A stretch of 64,000 nt of DNA, taken from assembly GCA_964011675.1 (NCBI GenBank), contig CAXGPR010000006.1, forward strand, positions 10,611-74,610. The letters run 5' to 3'. The stretch comes from an uncultured bacterium (lineage in GTDB: Bacteria; Latescibacterota; UBA2968; UBA8231). Below are positions 56,617-64,000 of the stretch, in pieces. Below the pieces are notes generated by a model. The model was given only the letters and a program-made list of their open reading frames with translations. It was not told the origin of the DNA and did not search any database. How positions within the stretch are numbered: the stretch's first letter is position 1; each line of letters starts with the position of its first letter. A program made the position numbers and the translations under genes.

Positions 56617-58361
56617 AGCGTCTCCAGTTCGGCAGCCAGCTGCTGTCGTGTGTGTAGATCGGCATAGAAACCGCCGTGCTTTAAGAGCTTTTCGTGGGTT
56701 CCCTGTTCGGCGATGCGTCCCTCATCTAAGACAATAACGTGATCGCAGTGGCGCAGGGTCGATATGCGATGGGCAATAATCAGCGTAGTTCGCCCTTTCA
56801 TTAGGCTACTCAGATGACCGAGCACGGCCTCTTCCGTATGGGTGTCCACGGCGGAAAGTGAGTCGTCTAGGATGAGAATCTGCGGCTGGCGCAGGAGTGC
56901 GCGTGCCAACGTAGAGCGTTGTTTCTGTCCGCCGGAAAGGGTCACGCCGCGCTCGCCAATAAGTGTCTCGAATCCACTGTCGAACTCGATCACGTCCTTG
57001 CGCAATTGGGCCCACTCGGCCGCCTGATGGATTTCTGCATCGGAGGCTGAATGAACTCCGTAGGAGATATTGTCAGAAATGGTATTGGAGAACAGGAAGG
57101 GATTTTGCGATACGTAGCCAATGGCACTGCGGAGCTGGGAGAGCGGCCACTTTTCTATGGGCACACCGTCGATAAAGAGCTGGTTTGATCCAGACTGAAT
57201 AAGGCGCGGTATGAGGCGAGCTAGAGTCGTTTTTCCCGAACCGACGCGTCCCATGATACCCACTGTGGTGCCAGCTCGAATCCTGAGGTTCACGTCGTTG
57301 AGGACGGGCGCGTTGTCGCCGTAGGCAAACGTCAGCGAGCGAAACTCAATCTCCCCGCGCGCGGAGTGGGCTATGGGCTGCGTATTGTGGTCGCGTATCT
57401 CGGGTTCGACGTCCATCACCTCGTTGATACGGCGTATGGCGACTAGTGCGCGTTGGAAGCGATCAATCACCCATGCAGAGTACATGATTGGGCGGATGAG
57501 TTGGGTCAAATAGGCGTTGAAGGCGACAAAAGCTCCCAGCGAAAAATTACCCTCAATAACGGCTTTTCCTCCCAGCCATAGGTTGATGCCTAGACAAACA
57601 GAAGCAACCAAGTGCGTAAGGGGCCGATACGAAGCACGCGTTTGAATAAGCCGGCGATTCTTCTCCAAATACTCGTTGTTAAGCTCGCTGAACGTTTCGT
57701 TTTGAGCAGGACCTTGCACATAGGCTTTGATGACGCGAGATCCGGCTAGGTTTTCTTGGACGTAGTTGCTCATCTCGCCAAAGAAATCCTGTATGACGCG
57801 AAATCGGTTGTGAACTAGTGTGGCCATGCGCGTCAGCAGTACCACAAATATGGGAACCGGCGCAAAGATAATGAGGGCTAAACGCCAGTCTAAGTAACAC
57901 ATCCAGCCTATGCTAAAGAGAAAGATGAGGCTGGACTCCACGATGCCCCGCACGCCGTAGGTGAAGAAAATGCGGACGGAGTCCAGGTCGTTGGTTGCCC
58001 GGGACATGAGGTCACCGGTGTGCTGTGTTTGATAGTAGGAAAGGGGTTGTTTGAGCAGATGGGCGAAGTAGGCCGTTCTTATATCGTATTCTATGCGGGC
58101 CGAGACGTGGCCTAGCAGAATACGCATCATGTAGCTACACAGGGCAACGAGCAGAGCCAGTAAGACAATTTTTAGAACATCCGTTTGAATGTCTTGGAAG
58201 CGCATAGCTTCGGACACATACTGTTTCTGCAGCGTATCGATAGCCTCTTTGACGACCATGGGGATGTAGTTGCTGGCAGCCTGGGCGACGCCGATGGCCA
58301 AAACGCCCAGCAGTAGCCGGATTCTGTAGGGACGGACGTATGAAGAAAAAGGACCAAACAT
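56613..58361 (-). CDS. ABC exporter half-transporter (MdlA/BmrC-like)
   Basis: GDLMSRATND, GRVGSGKT, LSGGQKQR, degenerate Walker B LDDSLSAVD. Confidence 0.92.
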   Translation of the reverse strand: MFGPFSSYVRPYRIRLLLGVLAIGVAQAASNYIPMVVKEAIDTLQKQYVSEAMRFQDIQTDVLKIVLLALLVALCSYMMRILLGHVSARIEYDIRTAYFAHLLKQPLSYYQTQHTGDLMSRATNDLDSVRIFFTYGVRGIVESSLIFLFSIGWMCYLDWRLALIIFAPVPIFVVLLTRMATLVHNRFRVIQDFFGEMSNYVQENLAGSRVIKAYVQGPAQNETFSELNNEYLEKNRRLIQTRASYRPLTHLVASVCLGINLWLGGKAVIEGNFSLGAFVAFNAYLTQLIRPIMYSAWVIDRFQRALVAIRRINEVMDVEPEIRDHNTQPIAHSARGEIEFRSLTFAYGDNAPVLNDVNLRIRAGTTVGIMGRVGSGKTTLARLIPRLIQSGSNQLFIDGVPIEKWPLSQLRSAIGYVSQNPFLFSNTISDNISYGVHSASDAEIHQAAEWAQLRKDVIEFDSGFETLIGERGVTLSGGQKQRSTLARALLRQPQILILDDSLSAVDTHTEEAVLGHLSSLMKGRTTLIIAHRISTLRHCDHVIVLDEGRIAEQGTHEKLLKHGGFYADLHTRQQLAAELETL

Positions 58362-58477
58362 TAAACGCGTTGCTCACCTCTCGAAGGCGCGAAGTTGAAT
58401 TTCAATCGATGATATGGAGGGAAATGCGTTTAAAAATATAGGGGGCGGTTTCTGGCGCAACAAGGTGCGAGATCGAT

Positions 58478-59119
58478 TCAGAGGGCTAGCTCGGGAAAGG
58501 TCTGCTGAAGTGCGGGGTAAACTGCCTCTAGGGCCTTTGCGCGATGGCTAAGGGCGTTTTTTTGCTGTGCAGCCATCTCGGCCATCGTGCAATCGTGCTC
58601 TGGGAGAAAAAAGATTGGATCATAGCCAAAACCTTGCTGGCCGCTTGGCGCGTGGGCAATTCTACCTTCGCACGTGCCTGCCGCTTGGCACGTGCGGCCA
58701 TCAGGCGCCGCCACAAAGAGGGTGCAGCAGAAGCGCGCAGTGCGCTGCTGTGGATCGGGAAAAGCTTCCATGTGCTCAAGCAGTAAGCGGTAGCGCCCGA
58801 CGTCGTCTAAGCCGGTGCCGCCGTACCGAGCCGAGAAAACGCCCGGAGCGCCGTCCAGTGCATCAACCTGTAAGCCGCTGTCATCGGCTAGGGAGATTAG
58901 GCCCGTCTCAGAGGCAAAAGCGCGCGCTTTTAGAGCGGCGTTAGCGACAAAGGTTGAGCCGGTCTCTTCAACATCTAAGTGAAGGTTGAGATCGTCTGGA
59001 CACACGACCTCCACGCCGTTTAGCAGAGCGCGAATTTCGCGTATTTTGCCCCCGTTGTTGCTTGCTACCAACAGGCGTGTGCCGCTAGGGCTGTTGGTTT
59101 GCTCGATCAATTTCTTCAA
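58478..59119 (-). CDS. rdgB: dITP/XTP pyrophosphatase (RdgB/HAM1)
   Basis: ASNNGGKIRE, EETGSTFVANAALKA, ADDSGL, GAPGVFSARY, GFGYDPIF, KNALSHR; exact start uncertain (overlaps the TPR gene). Confidence 0.93.
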   Translation of the reverse strand: MKKLIEQTNSPSGTRLLVASNNGGKIREIRALLNGVEVVCPDDLNLHLDVEETGSTFVANAALKARAFASETGLISLADDSGLQVDALDGAPGVFSARYGGTGLDDVGRYRLLLEHMEAFPDPQQRTARFCCTLFVAAPDGRTCQAAGTCEGRIAHAPSGQQGFGYDPIFFLPEHDCTMAEMAAQQKNALSHRAKALEAVYPALQQTFPELAL

Positions 59120-60152
59120 TTTGGTGCGCTACGTAATCCTTAAACCGGCTGTCTTCCTGCGCGCGGGCGTAGTGCGTGCGCGCTTGGCGCATTTGCCCCA
59201 GTTTAAAGTAGGCATCGCCTAAGAGAGCCTGCGCCGCAGCCAGATTTCTATCGTGGCGGATGGCGGATTGTCCGGACTCAATGGCTTTTTGGTATGCACC
59301 CAAGCCGTAGTGTGCTTCGCCGAGGCGGAAATGCGCATCGGCATTTTTCTTGTCCAATTCCGTAGCACGCTTCAATGGTTCAATCGCTTCGTGCTGCCGT
59401 CCGAGTTGGTTGAGCGCTGTGCCGAGAAAGAGATAGCCTTCGGCATACTTGGCATCTGCCTCAAGAGCTGTTTGCATGAGCTCTAAGACGCCTTCAACGT
59501 CTTGCGTAGCAAATTTGACGCGGGCGAGTCCTCCGTAGGCCGCCATGTATTTGGAGTCGGCATCGATTGCCTTCTGATAGGTTATCGATGCAGGACCGTA
59601 ATCGCGCCGACGGCGCTGCATGTCTGCCAGTTGATAATAGGCTTTGGCGTGTTCAGGGTCTGCCTTGACTGCGCCTTCGAAGGCATTTTGCGCCTTCGCC
59701 TCATCGCGGTTTCCGCTGTGGGACAGGCCTAAAGCATAGAGTGTTTTCGCATTGTTGGGGTCCAATTGAAGTGCCTGTTCAAAGCGAACTACGGCCTCTC
59801 TATATTTGCGCTGCTGCAAACTGGCAATGGCTGATTTGTTATACAGCTTGCCCAGCGCACTTGCACATTTTTCCGGGCGGATACCGAGCTCACGTGCTTT
59901 CTCGTAGGCGCTTATTGCCTTTTCGTATTCGTTGAGCACGTTGTAGGCTTGGGCGAGTAAGTAGTGCGCCTCGCCGTATGCAGGATTGGCGTTAACGGCC
60001 TGCTCAAACTCGATGGCGGCGTTGCGAAAATTGCGCTTTGTGAGTAGTTCATATCCAGCTCTGTAATGTCCTTCGGCCTTTTCATTCTCCTGGGCGTTGA
60101 CCCCTGATGCGACAATGAAAATCGCGCACAAGCAAAGGGAAATGCGTAGCAT
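59085..60152 (-). CDS. Secreted tetratricopeptide repeat protein
   Basis: Signal peptide MLRISLCLCAIFIVASGVNA (ATG at 60152, GGAG RBS); about 9 tandem TPR-like repeats. Confidence 0.85.
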   Translation of the reverse strand: MLRISLCLCAIFIVASGVNAQENEKAEGHYRAGYELLTKRNFRNAAIEFEQAVNANPAYGEAHYLLAQAYNVLNEYEKAISAYEKARELGIRPEKCASALGKLYNKSAIASLQQRKYREAVVRFEQALQLDPNNAKTLYALGLSHSGNRDEAKAQNAFEGAVKADPEHAKAYYQLADMQRRRRDYGPASITYQKAIDADSKYMAAYGGLARVKFATQDVEGVLELMQTALEADAKYAEGYLFLGTALNQLGRQHEAIEPLKRATELDKKNADAHFRLGEAHYGLGAYQKAIESGQSAIRHDRNLAAAQALLGDAYFKLGQMRQARTHYARAQEDSRFKDYVAHQIEEIDRANQQP

Positions 60153-60244
60153 GCGGGTTGTCTCCAAGGAAGGCAGTGGCAGCTTATAAGTCCCCGTTGG
60201 CACTGCCTTTTGTTTTTGCTGTGCCAAGCGGGTCTCGTCCCGTG

Positions 60245-60475
60245 TTATCGGGTGTCGATGAGTGACTTTATTTCTGTGAAATCGGGATATCTTTTCTCAG
60301 CGAGCTTTGAATAGATGAGCACGTCGTCTAGTTCGATTTCAAAGCGCCCTCCATCAGATGGAACAAGGGCGAACTCGCTGACGTCTTTTTTGTAATGCTT
60401 TAGTAGTTGTTCCGCCAAACTGACGGCTTCGGGTTCGTAGCCTCAGGAAGAACAATAGGTTAGGCGCAGTTTCAT
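60245..60475 (-). CDS. SelW/SelT/SelH (Rdx family) selenoprotein, 76 aa, Sec at codon 11
   Basis: Not in the ORF track. ATG at 60475, in-frame TGA at 60445-60443, TAA at 60247-60245: MKLRLTYCSSUGYEPEAVSLAEQLLKHYKKDVSEFALVPSDGGRFEIELDDVLIYSKLAEKRYPDFTEIKSLIDTR. Has the Rdx motifs YCxxU.Y, GG.FEI and YSK....YP. Confidence 0.92.
60412..60426 (-). promoter_or_regulatory. Candidate bacterial SECIS hairpin
   Basis: mRNA CCGUCA-GUU-UGGCGG (6 bp, two G-U pairs) beginning 17 nt after the UGA; apical loop starts with G. Confidence 0.55.
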
Positions 60476-60522
60476 GACGAAAATCCTTCGGTTATATTGT
60501 TGAATGATTATTATAACGGGGT

Positions 60523-63519
60523 GTGAGCCTGTTGTCAAAGCGCGTAGCAGTCGGCGCGCGCGACCTATTTTCTCGACATTTCTCATCTGAAAGACGGTCG
60601 GTCATCACTTATCAGTGGGTAGTTATTTTAAGTCTGACCCTTCTCTACGCGCCATTTGCTGAACCGCAGAAGTCAGATGCGTTCCCCTACAAACTGCGGT
60701 GGAAATATTTGGTTCCCAATCCGTTGCAGTCGGCGGTGTCCGAAGGGGATTCGCTGTATTTTGTCGCGAGTATGGAAGGACGCCTCTCGGCGTTGCGCAA
60801 AAGCGACGGTGTGCGGATTTGGCGACGGCGCGATCTGGGACCGGTATGGGCTTCCCCTGTCGTGTGGGAAGGGCAGGTGATTGTGGCCGATGCGTGGGGT
60901 CTGGTCCGTTCGCTGCGGACGGATACGGGAGATGAAAACTGGTCCTTTCAGCGCACGGGTGGAGGCCGCTGCGTTCTTGTTCAAGCGGATGATCTGCTGT
61001 ATGTGTCCGCAGCGGACGGCTGGCTGTATGCGCTTGAGTCCGATGGACGGGAGCAGTGGCGTGTGCGCACTGGAAAGGGCGGGGCGCTCGGCGTTGCTGT
61101 GCGCGCCGGCAGAGTGTACACGCGTTCGAGTAGCGGGTGGCTGTCGCTCGATAGCGCTACCGGTCGGCGTATTTTCGAACGGGATCTGGGCGCCCTCGCG
61201 ACGACTCCGCCGAGCGTAATCGAAGGACGGCTTATAGTGGCGACAGGCGATGGATACGTGCGATCTCACGCGCTGGACGATGGCGAGTCGAGTTGGCGTG
61301 CGTGGCTGGGCGCCCGGTTGGTATCGCCGCCCGTCAGAGCGGCCCATTACCTGATGTGCGCCGCAGACAACGGCTATTTGTATGCGCTGTCTTCCAAAGA
61401 CGGACAGATTGCTTGGCGAAGGCGCGTTCAGGGTGGCACCGACGGGGGCGCGGTGATGGGAGCGTGGGGCGAAATTGTCGTGGCTTCAGGGTCTGGAGAG
61501 ATGACGGGATTTGATCCAATGTCGGGTGATGTATGGTGGTCTGTCCGGTTGGGGCGTGAGAAGGGCACGCGCGTATACGCTACGCAGTCTGGATTATGGG
61601 CCTTGTCTGATGATGGGTACGCCCATGTTTTTACTCCACTGAGTCGAGACCACCGGCCTGATAAATCCGGGATGGTATCGTGGTGGGAGATATTTGTCGA
61701 CGGTAAAAAGACGGGTTATCGCTACGAACGAGTGCTCTCACGGCCGCAGGGCGGATGGGAAATTGAGGTGCGGGAAGTAGATTGGCGCGGGGGCTATCGT
61801 CGCAGCGAACGCGGTATGAGCGTGCGGGATGATTTTCGTCCGATCAGCGCCTGGGCAGCGCAGGCCGATGGGAATCAGGTGGTCAGAGAGCGTGCGCGGT
61901 GGCAGGGCGACGTTGTGAGAGTGGAGCAGACGTTGGCAGGGTATGCGCAGAGAGACAGCGCTGTAGCAGACGAAAGTGCGGTCGATAGGAGCGTGATATG
62001 GCGAAAGCTCGTTGGAGAAAGGCGCCTGCTGCCCGACCGGAGCGACTCGCTGCGCGTATTCGACTGGACGACTCGGCAGAGCTACTGGATCCACTTGCTT
62101 ATGGGGGCAGAGGAAATTGTGCGGGGAGAAAGAGCTCTTCGAATCGACGTAGTGCAGAAGGGGCATGAGGCCTACGCAACGACGTTCTGGGTGAATAGAG
62201 CGGGGCGTGTTGTGCGCGTCTGGCAACCGGCGCGGAGGGTGGAGCAACGCTTGACGGATCGGATCCATGCCGAACGCTGGTCGCCCCCGGCTGCGGATGA
62301 GGCCATCGTTTTGGATCGACCGATCAAGCGTCGGTCGGACTTAGACTGGCTGGTCGTCGAACTGCCAGATGACGCATCCAATCCGGATCTATGGCTAGCG
62401 GAAGATCCTTGGCAGAGGGTCTTCCGGGACACGACGGGGCGATTATTGCTCCGTCTGGAGCGCCGACAGGCGTCTCCCGAACCGGCACAATCGCTTTTGG
62501 ATAGTGCGGCATTGCACCCGTATCTATCCCCTTCTTTGTATGTCCATCCCAGCGATCCGCGCGTGCACGCGATCGTCGCTCAGTTGCAGGGGCGCGGCGA
62601 CCGAGACGCTTGGTCCATGGCGATGCGCATCCGCCGTTGGGTGTATGATCACATGGTGCCGCGGAGCACAAATGTGCGTTTTAAATCATCCTCAGAAGTG
62701 CTGGAAAATATGGAGGGGACTTGTAGTGAATACGCGGTGCTTTACATGGCGTTGTGTCGGGCAGCTGGCATACCTGTGCGCGCGAGCGCTGGTTGGGTTG
62801 TTGGTGATGCAGGAGAACTGATGTTGCACATATGGTGTCAGTTCTACGCCGGCTCGTGGATAGACGTCGATCCCACGCAGGACGCCGAAGCGATTGGAGC
62901 CGGATATATCAAAACAGGCAGTGGCTTGCTGACGCCGCATGGGCTACGTCAGTTGAGTGCGCCGCTAAGCCGCTGGATGGCGGCCGTAGATACGCTTTGG
63001 GTTGCCGAATACGGGGTCGAAAGTCGTCGATATGCCCGACGCGCTGCCGAGCTATTTGCCCGCGCAGGCGAGGCCGAACGAAATTTTGAGGATGCGCGCG
63101 CCATCGCCTTGTATCATCAGGTTGACAGGCTGCCTTGGAACGACCACAGTGCAAAAGCGCTGATACAGATCGCGCGCTATCGGCTACGGCGAGAGGAGTG
63201 GGACGATGCGCATTGGGCACTGGATCGGATTATGCGCCAGCTGCCGCGCGGTGACCAAGTTGATGACGCCTTATTTTATCGGGCCAAGCTGGCCGAAGCG
63301 CAGGGTGATAGTGTGGCTGCCGTGCGAGACTGGCAGGCCTTAGTGCGAGAATTTGCCGACTCTGAATTCGCCGATGATGCGCTTGGTCAACTCGCTGCCA
63401 GAGCCGAACAACGCGATGGTTGTGTTGCTGCGCTGCGATACTACGAGCAGCTGCGCGAGCAGTATAGTCGAACTGGATGGGCTGCGGTTGCGCGCTCTGC
63501 GATAGAGCGCTGCAGGTAA
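60523..63519 (+). CDS. Exported multidomain protein: PQQ-like beta-propeller + beta-sheet domain + transglutaminase-like core + TPR
   Basis: Repeats such as LYVSAADGWLYAL..DG...WR and CAADNGYLYAL...DG...WR; WWEIFVDGKKTGY; triad GTCSEY (C734), LHIW (H769), DVDPT (D783); C-terminal DDALFY...LVREFADSEFADDAL TPRs. Start codon uncertain. Confidence 0.8.
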   Translation: MSLLSKRVAVGARDLFSRHFSSERRSVITYQWVVILSLTLLYAPFAEPQKSDAFPYKLRWKYLVPNPLQSAVSEGDSLYFVASMEGRLSALRKSDGVRIWRRRDLGPVWASPVVWEGQVIVADAWGLVRSLRTDTGDENWSFQRTGGGRCVLVQADDLLYVSAADGWLYALESDGREQWRVRTGKGGALGVAVRAGRVYTRSSSGWLSLDSATGRRIFERDLGALATTPPSVIEGRLIVATGDGYVRSHALDDGESSWRAWLGARLVSPPVRAAHYLMCAADNGYLYALSSKDGQIAWRRRVQGGTDGGAVMGAWGEIVVASGSGEMTGFDPMSGDVWWSVRLGREKGTRVYATQSGLWALSDDGYAHVFTPLSRDHRPDKSGMVSWWEIFVDGKKTGYRYERVLSRPQGGWEIEVREVDWRGGYRRSERGMSVRDDFRPISAWAAQADGNQVVRERARWQGDVVRVEQTLAGYAQRDSAVADESAVDRSVIWRKLVGERRLLPDRSDSLRVFDWTTRQSYWIHLLMGAEEIVRGERALRIDVVQKGHEAYATTFWVNRAGRVVRVWQPARRVEQRLTDRIHAERWSPPAADEAIVLDRPIKRRSDLDWLVVELPDDASNPDLWLAEDPWQRVFRDTTGRLLLRLERRQASPEPAQSLLDSAALHPYLSPSLYVHPSDPRVHAIVAQLQGRGDRDAWSMAMRIRRWVYDHMVPRSTNVRFKSSSEVLENMEGTCSEYAVLYMALCRAAGIPVRASAGWVVGDAGELMLHIWCQFYAGSWIDVDPTQDAEAIGAGYIKTGSGLLTPHGLRQLSAPLSRWMAAVDTLWVAEYGVESRRYARRAAELFARAGEAERNFEDARAIALYHQVDRLPWNDHSAKALIQIARYRLRREEWDDAHWALDRIMRQLPRGDQVDDALFYRAKLAEAQGDSVAAVRDWQALVREFADSEFADDALGQLAARAEQRDGCVAALRYYEQLREQYSRTGWAAVARSAIERCR

Positions 63520-63596
63520 GCGTCTGTTACTAAACGTGGACTACGGGCTTGGCAATGCTTATTTTTTTTGTTTTATCAGCATACGTGAGGTGTGCT

Positions 63597-64000
63597 TTGT
63601 GTTTTCGTAGAAGGCCTGATGAGAGAGCCCGTGTAGCCAGCTACGTCCTATGGCTGCTCGTGCCGCTATCACTCGCTCAATGTGGCCAGGCACCAGAGAC
63701 GTATATAGACCAGCTAAAAAGCTTACAGGAAAGCAAACGCGTCAAAGCGGCCAACAGACTCATTCGGTTTGATGCCGATGAGGTTGTGCCGCTGCTCATC
63801 GACGAAGCGGAGTCGGGCTATATTCGGGTTCGCTTTGAGGTAGTTGGTCTGTTGGGACGATTTAAAGACCCGCGTGGCATACCTACGCTCATAAACGCGT
63901 TGGACGATAAATCGCCCAACGTGGCCGCGCGTGCCGCCTTGGGTTTGGCGCAGCTGCGCGCAGTGGAGGCCCTGCCTAGACTGCTGCACTATGCGCGCGA
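63597..64000 (+). CDS. HEAT-repeat lipoprotein, 3' end runs off the window
   Basis: Not in the ORF track. TTG at 63597 after GAGG; ...VLWLLVPLSLAQC (lipobox), then KRVKAANRL...VVPLLI, RVRFEVVGLLGRFKDPRGIPTLINALDDKSPNVAARAALGLAQL HEAT repeats. Confidence 0.75.
   Translation, partial: MCFRRRPDERARVASYVLWLLVPLSLAQCGQAPETYIDQLKSLQESKRVKAANRLIRFDADEVVPLLIDEAESGYIRVRFEVVGLLGRFKDPRGIPTLINALDDKSPNVAARAALGLAQLRAVEALPRLLHYAR

Noticed and set aside
54820-58361. Degenerate Walker B (LDD) in one ABC half and degenerate signature (LSSGQ) in the other
   Set aside because: This is the known consensus/degenerate site asymmetry of heterodimeric exporters (TM287/288, BmrCD); not novel.
52918-59119. guaB and rdgB proximity as a purine-quality-control cluster
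   Set aside because: They are separated by ytxH and two ABC genes, in different transcription units; likely coincidental.
60197-60227. Inverted repeat TTGGCAC...GTGCCAA downstream of selW as a terminator or 3' SECIS
   Set aside because: No U-tract follows on the coding strand, the loop is large, and a better in-frame SECIS candidate exists; at most an mRNA-stability hairpin.
63520-63596. T-rich tract after the transglutaminase gene as an intrinsic terminator
   Set aside because: No convincing GC-rich stem precedes the T run.
1-64000. CRISPR arrays, tRNA/rRNA, IS elements, prophage or defence genes
   Set aside because: No regularly spaced repeats, cloverleaf-like sequences, transposase, integrase, nuclease or phage motifs were found by reading the sequence; no covariance-model search was run.

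Overview
Gene-dense bacterial chromosome segment, roughly 55-60% GC by eye, with about 57 CDS and many 1-4 nt start/stop overlaps. I saw no rRNA, tRNA, CRISPR array, IS or phage element. The gene content (sulfatases, many SDR and Gfo/Idh/MocA paralogues, UxuA-like dehydratases, GT-C glycosyltransferases, a TAV..W..IK-type C-terminal tail) suggests a heterotrophic marine candidate-phylum genome such as Latescibacterota or Poribacteria; this is inference only. Layout: a truncated enolase-family gene; a DUF455-type ferritin-like/ATP-grasp fusion; an EEP-MenA-thioesterase-MBL operon; a sugar-acid catabolic operon; Na/Pi-PhoU; nagB-ackA-nagB/PIG-L running into an aminotransferase/oxidoreductase/sulfatase cluster; surface-glycosylation genes; an S41 protease and a minimal FtsX-type ABC pair; MlrC; a Kv channel; an hpnZ/hpnW-like pair; guaB; a heterodimeric ABC exporter; rdgB and a TPR protein. 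Three features are absent or truncated in the ORF track: a SelW/Rdx selenoprotein (CSSU, with a SECIS-like hairpin), the continuation of an M14 carboxypeptidase past an in-frame TAG, and a terminal HEAT-repeat lipoprotein. The best candidates for undescribed systems are the ferritin-like diiron/ATP-grasp fusion and the divergent SelW-TPR-rdgB / beta-propeller-transglutaminase-TPR-HEAT locus.
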